Below are positions 5,939 through 12,285 of a stretch of 12,285 nucleotides of DNA, piece after piece. Position numbers and translations under genes: made by a program. Under the pieces are notes generated by a model that was given only the letters and a program-made list of their open reading frames with translations, was not told where the DNA came from and ran no database searches. The DNA comes from Phycisphaeraceae bacterium (GTDB lineage: Bacteria; Planctomycetota; Phycisphaerae; Phycisphaerales; Phycisphaeraceae). The DNA lies in NCBI GenBank assembly GCA_947471825.1, contig CANIYR010000036.1, positions 1 through 12,285 on the forward strand, written 5' to 3'. The number at the start of each line of letters is the position of its first letter. Within the stretch, counting starts at the first letter, position 1.

Positions 5939-7852
5939 ATGGACTACCGCAACTTTCTCTGGCTCCTCATCCCGATAGCCGTGCTGGTGCTTTACAAGCC
6001 GATCTTCCGCCTGTTCGGGGTGGTCATCATTCCGGAGGACTGCATCGGCATCCTCAACAAGAAGTTCGTGCTGTTCGGCACCCACCGCTCGCTGCCAGAC
6101 GGCAAGATCATCGCCTTGAACGGCGAAGCCGGCTACCAGGCCGACACCCTGGCCCCGGGCCTGTACTTCGGCTTCTGGCCGTGGCAGTACGAAGTGATCA
6201 TGCAGAAGTTCATCAACATCGGGCAGGACTCGGTGGGCGTCGTGGAGACCCGCGACGGCAGCCCGCTCTCCGACGGCCGCGTGCTCGGCAAGAAAATCGA
6301 CTGCGACGCCTACCAGGACGCCCGGGCCTTTCTGACCAAGGGCGGCGAGCGCGGCACGCAGCTGACCATCATCCCCCCCGGCACCTACCGCATCAACACG
6401 GCGCTGTTCACCGTGACCGAGGAGCCGCTGACCGACATCCGCGACAACATGGTGGGCATCGTCACCACCAAGGAAGGCAGGCAACTGGCCACCGGCGACA
6501 TCGCCGGCCGTGAAATCTCCGGACACAACATGTTCCAGGATGCCCAGACCTTCATCAGCAACGGCGGCTACAAGGGCCGCCAGGAGCAGGTGATGCTGGC
6601 CGGCCGTTACTTCATCAACCCGCGCTTTGCGACGGTGCAGATGGAAGAAATGACCTCCGTCCCCATCGCCCATGCGGGCGTGGTCATCGCCTATGTCGGC
6701 GAAGAAGGCACCGATGTGACGGGTGAAACCTTCAAGCATGGCAACATGGTCAAAAAAGGCCAGAAAGGCGTTTGCGTGGACCCCCTGGATCCGGGCAAAT
6801 ACCCGATCAACTCTTACACCCACAAGGTGGAAAGCGTGCCCACCGCCAACATCGTGCTCAACTGGGCCACCGGCAAAAACGAATCCCACAACCTCGACAA
6901 GAACCTGTCCACCATCGCCGTGCGTTCGGCCGACGGCTTCACCTTCAATTTGGATGTGAGCCAGATCATCCACATCCCGCGCTCGGATGCGCCCAAGGTG
7001 ATCGCCCGCTTCGGCTCGGTGGCCAACCTGGTCACCCAGGTGCTGGAGCCGACCATCGGCAACTACTTCCGCAACGCGGCCCAAAGCGCCGACGCCATCG
7101 ACTTCCTGCGCGGCCGCAGCCAGCGCCAAGACGATGCCAAAGTGAAAATCGCCGAAGTCTTGCGCGAATACAACGTGGTGGCGGTGGACACCCTGATCGG
7201 CGACATCGACCCGCCGGCGGCGCTCATGAAGACGCTGACCGACCGCAAGATCGCCGAGCAGGAGCAGGTGACCTACAACACCCAGCGCATGGCCCAGGAC
7301 GCCCGCAAGCAATTGGAGCAGTCCAAGGCGCAGGCCGACACCCAGCCCAGCGTGGTGAAGGCCGAGCGCGATGTCGAAATCGCCCGCTTCAACGCGCAAT
7401 CCTTCATCGAGAATTCCAACGGCAACGCCAAGGCATCCGTCATCAGCGCCGAGGGCGCGGCCAAGGCCATGGTGCTCAAGGCCGAGGGCGACGCCAAGGC
7501 CAAGACCGTGAACGCCGAGGCCGACGCCAACGTGCTGCGCATGGTCGGCGACGCCGAAGGCAAAAAGATCACCGCCGTCGGCGTGGCCGAAGCGGAAGTC
7601 ATCCGCCTGAAAACCGAGGCCGTGGGCCAGGGCAACTACGCGGTCATCGAAGTCGGCCGCGCGCTGGCGGCGGCCAAGATCCCGCTGGTGCCGCAGATCA
7701 TGGCCGGCGGCGGCGATGGCGGAAGCGGCGGCGGCTCGCTGGTCAATGTGCTCTTGGCCAATCTGATCCGGGATGGGTTGGTGAAGAAAGATGAGGTGGC
7801 GGCGGCGCCCAAGGTGATGGCGGCTGCGCCTGATGTGACGAAGAAGTCATGA
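5939..7852 (+). CDS. Flotillin-like SPFH/Band-7 membrane protein (YqiK/FloT type), 637 aa
   Basis: An N-terminal TM helix (FLWLLIPIAVLVLY) is followed by an extended SPFH domain. The C-terminal flotillin region carries Glu/Ala-rich repeats (…KAEGDAKAKTVNAEADANVLRMVGDAEGKKITAVGVAEAEVIRLKTEAV…) and a Gly-rich tail. The track's 5549 start is an antisense-of-DCC extension. The ATG at 5939 follows the RBS. Confidence 0.85.
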   Translation: MDYRNFLWLLIPIAVLVLYKPIFRLFGVVIIPEDCIGILNKKFVLFGTHRSLPDGKIIALNGEAGYQADTLAPGLYFGFWPWQYEVIMQKFINIGQDSVGVVETRDGSPLSDGRVLGKKIDCDAYQDARAFLTKGGERGTQLTIIPPGTYRINTALFTVTEEPLTDIRDNMVGIVTTKEGRQLATGDIAGREISGHNMFQDAQTFISNGGYKGRQEQVMLAGRYFINPRFATVQMEEMTSVPIAHAGVVIAYVGEEGTDVTGETFKHGNMVKKGQKGVCVDPLDPGKYPINSYTHKVESVPTANIVLNWATGKNESHNLDKNLSTIAVRSADGFTFNLDVSQIIHIPRSDAPKVIARFGSVANLVTQVLEPTIGNYFRNAAQSADAIDFLRGRSQRQDDAKVKIAEVLREYNVVAVDTLIGDIDPPAALMKTLTDRKIAEQEQVTYNTQRMAQDARKQLEQSKAQADTQPSVVKAERDVEIARFNAQSFIENSNGNAKASVISAEGAAKAMVLKAEGDAKAKTVNAEADANVLRMVGDAEGKKITAVGVAEAEVIRLKTEAVGQGNYAVIEVGRALAAAKIPLVPQIMAGGGDGGSGGGSLVNVLLANLIRDGLVKKDEVAAAPKVMAAAPDVTKKS

Positions 7853-7873
7853 AAAATCCAGTTTTCCCGAAAG

Positions 7874-7899
7874 CCACCCGCCGCAAGCGGGTGGTTTTG
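7874..7899 (+). terminator. Rho-independent terminator after the flotillin gene
   Basis: Stem CCACCCGC (7874-7881), loop CGCAA, stem GCGGGTGG (7887-7894), then TTTTG. Confidence 0.7.
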
Positions 7900-7930
7900 C
7901 ATGGGCACGCGCCAACCCCGCGCCTCCCGC

Positions 7931-7945
7931 TAAAATCCCCGCCCC
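7931..7945 (+). promoter_or_regulatory. -10-like TAAAAT 9 nt upstream of the aspartokinase ATG (same 18-mer as at gltX)
   Basis: taaaatccccgccccATG at 7931-7948. No SD is present, and the motif lies directly downstream of a terminator. Confidence 0.35.
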
Positions 7946-9325
7946 ATGTCCACCCCCCCCATCGTCTCGAAATTCGGCGGCTCCTCCCTCGCTGACGCCA
8001 ACCAGTTCCGCAAGGTGCGGGACATCCTGCTGGCCGACGCCAACCGCCGCTTTGTGGTGCCGTCGGCGCCGGGGAAACGCAACGACAAGGACCAGAAAAT
8101 CACCGACCTGCTGTTCCTCTGCCACGAGCACGCCTCGCGCCGGCTGCCGTTCGAGGAGGTGTTTGCCATCATCCACGCCCGCTTTGTGGGCATCGCCACC
8201 GAGCTGGGCCTGCCGGCCGGCTTCATCGACGGCCTGACCGCCGAACTGGCCAAAACCAAACTGGAAATCGCCCGCCAGGGCGAAGCCGGCCGCAAGGCCG
8301 ACTACGCCGCCAGCCGCGGCGAGGCCATCAACGGCCGCATCCTGGCCGCGCTTTTGGGCTGGGACTATGTGGACGCCGCCGAGGTGGTGTTCTTCGGCAA
8401 AGACGGCCGGCTGGATGCCGGCAAGACCTACGCCACCCTGGCCGCGCGCGTCAAAAACGGCCCGGCGGTCATCCCCGGCTTCTATGGCAGCGATGCCGAG
8501 GGCCAGGTCAGGACCTTCAGCCGCGGCGGCTCGGATGTGTCGGGCTCCATCGTCGCCCGCGCGGTGTCGGCCAGCGTGTACGAGAACTGGACCGATGTGC
8601 CCGGCATGCTGATCACCAACCCCAAGATCGTGCCCGGGGCCTTCACCATCGAGGTGGTCACCTACCAGGAACTGCGCGAACTCTCCTATTCCGGCGCCAC
8701 CGTGCTGCATGAAGACGCCGTGTTCCCGGTGCGCGAGGCGCAGATCCCGGTCAACATCCGCTCGACCAACGACCCCAGGCACCCCGGCACCCTGATCGTG
8801 CCGCGCGAGCATCCGCAGGCCAAGATCGGCTACAACATCACCGGCATCGCCGGCCGCAAGGATTTCACCGTCATCCAGATCGAAAAGGCGATGATGAACG
8901 CCGAGGTCGGCTTCTGCCGCCGCGTGCTGTCTGTGCTGGAGGAAAACGGCGTTTCTTTTGAACACATGCCCAGCGGCATCGACACCCTGTCCCTGGTCAT
9001 CCAGGACAGCCAGCTGGCCGGCGGCAAGCTGGATGCCATCCTGGATCAGCTGCGCCACACCATCCGCCCGGACACCATCGAGGTGCGCAAGAACCTGGCC
9101 CTGATCGCCACCGTGGGCCGCGGCATGTCGCGCATCCCGGGCCTGGCCGCCCGCCTGTTTGGCGCGCTGGCGGATGTGGGCATCCACACCCGCATGATCG
9201 ACCAGGGCAGCAGCCAGCTCAACATCATCGTGGGCGTGGACGCCGACCGTTTCGAGGATGCCGTGCGCATCATCTACAACGCCTTCGTCAGCGAATCGGG
9301 CCGGATGGAACGGCTGGTCGCATGA
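7946..9325 (+). CDS. lysC: Aspartate kinase (aspartokinase) with C-terminal ACT domains
   Basis: 459 aa. N-terminal KFGGSSLADANQFRKV (amino-acid kinase fold), C-terminal tandem ACT-like segments (…LALIATVGRGMSRIPGLAARLFGALADVGIHTRMIDQGSSQLNIIVGVDADRFEDAVRIIYNAF). Confidence 0.9.
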   Translation: MSTPPIVSKFGGSSLADANQFRKVRDILLADANRRFVVPSAPGKRNDKDQKITDLLFLCHEHASRRLPFEEVFAIIHARFVGIATELGLPAGFIDGLTAELAKTKLEIARQGEAGRKADYAASRGEAINGRILAALLGWDYVDAAEVVFFGKDGRLDAGKTYATLAARVKNGPAVIPGFYGSDAEGQVRTFSRGGSDVSGSIVARAVSASVYENWTDVPGMLITNPKIVPGAFTIEVVTYQELRELSYSGATVLHEDAVFPVREAQIPVNIRSTNDPRHPGTLIVPREHPQAKIGYNITGIAGRKDFTVIQIEKAMMNAEVGFCRRVLSVLEENGVSFEHMPSGIDTLSLVIQDSQLAGGKLDAILDQLRHTIRPDTIEVRKNLALIATVGRGMSRIPGLAARLFGALADVGIHTRMIDQGSSQLNIIVGVDADRFEDAVRIIYNAFVSESGRMERLVA

Positions 9326-9834
9326 GGCCGCCCGCGCCGCTTTGGGTTCTTGCTCTGGCCCTGGCCTCCGGCTGCGCATCTTCGCCCGAGACGCCGGAAG
9401 CCCGCCGCCACCGCGCCGCGCAACTGGCTTTGGGGCTGGCGCATGTTGCACCGCGCATCCCGCCCGGGGAAGCCCGCGTTTTTTCGCGCGTGGCGGTCGA
9501 ACGCTGCGCCGACTTGCGCGAAAAATACCGCATCGGCCTCAACCACAACCTGCACAATGTGCTGGTGTACTGGGGCCTCAAGGACCGCGGCTTCTGCTGG
9601 CATTGGCAGGAGGATCTGCGCCAAACGCTGGAAGCCGCGGCGCACCCGAACCTGGAACTCCACGCCATCGTCGCCTCGCCGGGCTCGCTGTGGCATGAAC
9701 ATCATGCGCTGTCGGTGACGGCACCCGGGGCTGCTTGGAACGAGGGACTGGTGCTCGACCCGTGGCGCGAGGAAGGCCTGCTGTGGTTCGGGCCGGTCAA
9801 AACGGATGATTTTCCGTGGATGGAAGAACCCTGA
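9322..9834 (+). CDS. Hypothetical lipoprotein, function unknown
   Basis: 170 aa. Signal peptide with lipobox LALASGC. The ATG overlaps the aspartokinase stop (ATGA at 9322-9325), implying translational coupling. It has a W/H-rich C-terminal half (…GFCWHWQEDL…SLWHEHHALS…WFGPVKTDDFPWMEEP). I recognise no family. Confidence 0.55.
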   Translation: MRPPAPLWVLALALASGCASSPETPEARRHRAAQLALGLAHVAPRIPPGEARVFSRVAVERCADLREKYRIGLNHNLHNVLVYWGLKDRGFCWHWQEDLRQTLEAAAHPNLELHAIVASPGSLWHEHHALSVTAPGAAWNEGLVLDPWREEGLLWFGPVKTDDFPWMEEP

Positions 9835-10262
9835 TCCGCCCTACAATGGGCTTCATGACGCCATCGCTTGACAGCCTCATGGAATCCGCCACGGCCGCCC
9901 TGATGCGGACCGACCACGCCGCCTGCGAAGCCTTGTGCCTGCAGGCCTTGGCACAGGCCCGGCAAGCCAGGGATTGGGACACCTACCTGCGCATCCTGCG
10001 GCCGCTGCAAGAGGCCCGGCGTTGGCGGCGGCAATTGGTGGCGGACGAGGCCGAGCGCCACCTGGCGCCCGGCAAAGCGGCGGAGTTCCTGGCCGCCGGC
10101 GAAGCTTTGGGCGATGCCATGCTGGCGGCCTGCACGGCCCCGCCGGGCTCCCCCGAACGGGTGGCCGAGTTGGAAGACCAATTGAACATCCTCTGCGAAC
10201 ACGAAAAACTGCACCAAGCCCTCGCGGCGACGGTGAAAACCCTTGCCAAAGGCCCCGCATGA
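9816..10262 (+). CDS. Hypothetical alpha-helical protein, function unknown
   Basis: Longest ORF given. Alternative starts are the ATG at 9846 or 9855; the ATG at 9855 is preceded by TACAAT at 9842-9847. The product is helical and Ala/Leu/Arg-rich. Its stop overlaps the ubiX start (ATGA at 10259-10262). Confidence 0.45.
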   Translation: MDGRTLIRPTMGFMTPSLDSLMESATAALMRTDHAACEALCLQALAQARQARDWDTYLRILRPLQEARRWRRQLVADEAERHLAPGKAAEFLAAGEALGDAMLAACTAPPGSPERVAELEDQLNILCEHEKLHQALAATVKTLAKGPA

Positions 10263-10828
10263 ATCCGCAAAAACGTTACATCCTTGCCATCACCGGCGCC
10301 AGCGGCGCCCTGTACGCGCGCCGCCTCCTGGAAATGATGCTGCGCACCGGGGCGGACATCCATCTGGTCGTCTCCGACCCCGGCCGCCGCCTCTTGGCTG
10401 AAGAAATGGGCGGCCACGACCTGCTTGAAGGCCTGCCGGCCGAGCGCATCATCGCCCACAATGTCAAAGACACCGGCGCCGCCATCGCCTCCGGCTCGTT
10501 TCTGTGCGACGGCATGGTGATCGTCCCCTGCACCAGCCACACGCTCGCCTCGGTGGCCAATGGCTTTGGTGACAACCTGGTCCACCGCGCGGCGGCCGTG
10601 TGCCTCAAAGAGCGGCGCAAATTGGTCCTGCTGCACCGCGAGATGCCGCTGTCACTCATTGACATCCGCAACATGGAGCAGGCCACCCTGGCCGGCGCCA
10701 TCGTGGCCCCGGCCAACCCTGGCTTCTACACCGAGCCGAAAACCATTGACGACTTGGTGAATTTCGTCTGCGCGCGGGTGATGGATTTGCTGGGGGAACC
10801 CGGGCATGGGGTGAAAAGATGGGAATAG
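10259..10828 (+). CDS. ubiX: Flavin prenyltransferase UbiX (prenyl-FMN synthase; flavoprotein family)
   Basis: 189 aa: MNPQKRYILAITGASGALYARRLLEMML…VVSDPGRRLL…MVIVPCTSHTLASVANGFGDNLVHRAAAVCLKERRKLVLLHREMPLSLIDIRNM…. The track ORF starts at 9935 in the same frame, but the ATG at 10259 matches UbiX N-termini and is coupled to the upstream gene. Confidence 0.9.
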   Translation: MNPQKRYILAITGASGALYARRLLEMMLRTGADIHLVVSDPGRRLLAEEMGGHDLLEGLPAERIIAHNVKDTGAAIASGSFLCDGMVIVPCTSHTLASVANGFGDNLVHRAAAVCLKERRKLVLLHREMPLSLIDIRNMEQATLAGAIVAPANPGFYTEPKTIDDLVNFVCARVMDLLGEPGHGVKRWE

Positions 10829-10962
10829 GGGAGGGCCGGCTTGAGCCGGCCACACACGTCCGGCTGAACCTCCATCGCCACATGCATCCGCACCAACCGG
10901 CCCGCAAACGAACCTTTTTTGCCTCTTGAATATTCAAACGGCAGGCCAAAGCCGACCCTCCC
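10829..10962. repeat. REP/BIME-like inverted-repeat doublet (copy B, degenerate right arm) between ubiX and the ubiA-family gene
   Basis: Left arm GGGAGGGCCGGCTTGAGCCGGCC (10829-10851) is GGGAGG plus a 7-bp hairpin with a TTGA loop. Right arm …GGCCAAAGCCGACCCTCCC (10944-10962) matches the copy-A right arm but has a decayed hairpin. The 92-nt spacer holds a T6 run and the palindrome TTGAATATTCAA (10926-10937). The element starts at the ubiX stop TAG (10826-10828). Confidence 0.6.
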
Positions 10963-10965
10963 TTC

Positions 10966-11862
10966 ATGCTCACCCCCCTCCTGCGCATCTCCAAGGACAT
11001 CAAACTCTCCCACTCGGTGTTCGCCATGCCGTTCGCGTTGCTCGGCGCCTTTCTGGCCACCAGCCAACGCGCCGCGCCTGGCGCATCCAAATGGCCGCAC
11101 TGGGGCGAGCTCGCCCTGGTGATACTCAGCATGATCTGCGCCCGCACCTGGGCCATGTGCGTCAACCGCCTTGCCGATGCCGACATCGACGCCCAGAACC
11201 CGCGCACGGCCGGGCGCGCCGTGCCCTCCGGCGCGGTGTCGCGGGCGATGATGGGCACGGTGGCCATGCTGTCGGCCGGCGGCTTCATCGCCAGTTGCGC
11301 CGGTTTCCTCCTGTGGGGCAATTTCTGGCCGACGGCGCTGGCGCTGCCGGTGCTGGCCTTGCTGGGCGCCTATTCGTATGCCAAGCGCTTCACCTGGGCC
11401 TGCCACCTGCTCTTGGGCATCACCCTGGCCATCAGCCCGTGCGCGGCGGCCATTGCCTTGGAGCCGCACACCCTGCAAACCGCCACCCCGTGGCTGCTTG
11501 CAGGCATGATCTGGTGCTGGGTCTCGGGCTTCGACATCCTGTACGCCCTGCAGGATGTGGAAAGCGACCGCGAGCACGGCGTGTTTTCCATCCCGGCCAA
11601 CCTCGGCGAAAAACCGGCCCTGTGGATCAGCCGCCTGCTGCACCTGGGGGCCGCCGGTTTTCTGACGACCTTGGTCCTGGCCGATCATCATCTGGGTGCC
11701 GGCTTCGCGCTGGCCACGGCCGTCACCATCGGCTTGCTCGCGCTGGAACACATTCTGGTCGCCTTGGATGCCAGGAAAAACCTGCCGATGGCCTTTTTCA
11801 CCGTCAATGGCGTCATCAGCCTGCTCTTGGGCGCGGCCGGCATCTGGGATTTGCTGCGCTGA
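10966..11862 (+). CDS. ubiA: UbiA-family aromatic prenyltransferase (4-hydroxybenzoate polyprenyltransferase-like; could equally be a menaquinone-pathway MqnP-type enzyme)
   Basis: 298 aa with multiple TM helices. The first Asp-rich motif NRLADADIDAQNPRTAGRAVPSG (NxxxDxxxD) and the second motif region YALQDVESDREHG (DxxxD-like) are present. It is adjacent to ubiX. Confidence 0.85.
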   Translation: MLTPLLRISKDIKLSHSVFAMPFALLGAFLATSQRAAPGASKWPHWGELALVILSMICARTWAMCVNRLADADIDAQNPRTAGRAVPSGAVSRAMMGTVAMLSAGGFIASCAGFLLWGNFWPTALALPVLALLGAYSYAKRFTWACHLLLGITLAISPCAAAIALEPHTLQTATPWLLAGMIWCWVSGFDILYALQDVESDREHGVFSIPANLGEKPALWISRLLHLGAAGFLTTLVLADHHLGAGFALATAVTIGLLALEHILVALDARKNLPMAFFTVNGVISLLLGAAGIWDLLR

Positions 11863-11874
11863 AAAAGCCGCGGG

Positions 11875-11907
11875 GATGTTCTGAAATGTTTGTTTGTGTG
11901 TCATAAT
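11875..11907 (+). promoter_or_regulatory. AT-rich putative promoter for the fucosidase gene, with an extended -10
   Basis: TGtCATAAT at 11899-11907 and a weak -35. ATGTT recurs three times (11876-11880, 11886-11890, 11952-11956), and GAAATGTT is directly repeated (11883-11890, 11949-11956). Confidence 0.3.
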
Positions 11908-11982
11908 GACCGAAGCGGCGCGTCTGGTGACCCGTCCAGCCCTTGGGCGAAATGTTCCATTCCCTTTCCGGATCCCCCTCCC

Positions 11983-12285
11983 ATGTCGCCATCCATCCTG
12001 CGCCTGACCCCGGCCGCAGCCCTGCTCGCCCTGTCGCTGGCCGCCTGCCAATCCGCCAACCCTTACGCCTCCATCAAGCAGGCCGTGCCCGAGACGCCGG
12101 CCAACAACCCGGTGCTCAAGGAGCGCGGCGAAACCCCGGAGCAGCACGACGCCCGCATGCTGTGGTTCCGCGACGCCCGCTTTGGCATGTTCATCCACTG
12201 GGGCCTGTACGCGCAGGCCGGCGGCGAATGGAAGGGCAAATTCGTGCCGCCCAACAACGGCTGCCAGGAATGGATCATGCACACC
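11983..12285 (+). CDS. Alpha-L-fucosidase (GH29), lipoprotein signal; N-terminal fragment, 3' end outside the window
   Basis: [24 protein letters not shown] has a lipobox. It is followed by …[28 protein letters not shown]…, the characteristic GH29 N-terminal motif (FGMFIHWG…Y). Confidence 0.75.
   Translation, partial: MSPSILRLTPAAALLALSLAACQSANPYASIKQAVPETPANNPVLKERGETPEQHDARMLWFRDARFGMFIHWGLYAQAGGEWKGKFVPPNNGCQEWIMHT

Noticed and set aside
7853-7945. Possible lysine riboswitch upstream of aspartokinase
   Set aside because: The interval is only 93 nt and is mostly occupied by a terminator hairpin. It is too short for an L-box (~180 nt), and no conserved L-box helices are recognisable.
3665-7990. 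Nucleotide similarity of the first ~40 nt of the gltX and aspartokinase coding regions (shared cccatcgtc)
   Set aside because: Both proteins natively start with P-I-V-(T/S)-(R/K)-F, which are conserved family N-termini. The coding similarity is explained by the same codons. Only the non-coding 18-mer upstream is reported as a finding.
1-12285. CRISPR arrays, tRNA/rRNA genes, transposases/integrases, toxin-antitoxin pairs and defence-system genes
   Set aside because: There are no short regularly spaced direct repeats, no cloverleaf-like structured segments in the short intergenic regions, and no ORFs with recombinase, nuclease or toxin hallmarks. The window is essentially housekeeping plus the repeats.

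Overview
This is a high-GC stretch (estimated by eye at mid-60s % GC) of bacterial chromosome. It is densely packed with + strand housekeeping genes and one minus-strand gene. It reads as core chromosome, not an obvious mobile or defence island. Gene order: the end of pstA (partial), pstB, an OmpR/PhoB-type response regulator, a soluble PAS histidine kinase (PhoR-like) and phoU, followed by an intrinsic terminator. Next come gltX (glutamyl-tRNA synthetase) and a REP-like inverted-repeat doublet. A DUF393/DCC thiol-disulfide oxidoreductase gene lies on the minus strand. After an AT-rich divergent promoter region comes a 637-aa flotillin-like SPFH/Band-7 protein, then a terminator. The last run is aspartate kinase, a lipoprotein, a helical hypothetical, ubiX, a second REP-like doublet, a UbiA-family prenyltransferase, an AT-rich promoter, and the N-terminus of a lipoprotein GH29 alpha-L-fucosidase (partial). 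Lipobox lipoproteins and a GH29 fucosidase suggest a Gram-negative glycan-degrading lineage, possibly Verrucomicrobiota or Planctomycetota; this is low confidence. I found no rRNA, tRNA, CRISPR array, transposase or integrase, and no convincing novel multi-gene system. The most unusual signals are non-coding. First, two copies of a ~130 bp inverted-repeat (REP/BIME-like) element sit exactly after stop codons. Second, a 17/18-identical TAnAAT-CCCCGCCCC-ATG motif lies at two gene starts, and a similar TACAAT seven nucleotides before a third, suggesting leaderless or near-leaderless transcripts. Third, most start codons lack a purine-rich Shine-Dalgarno and are preceded by C-rich tracts. Fourth, AT-rich promoter islands carry an AATGTT motif. 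The large minus-strand ORFs in the track are GC-driven shadow ORFs.
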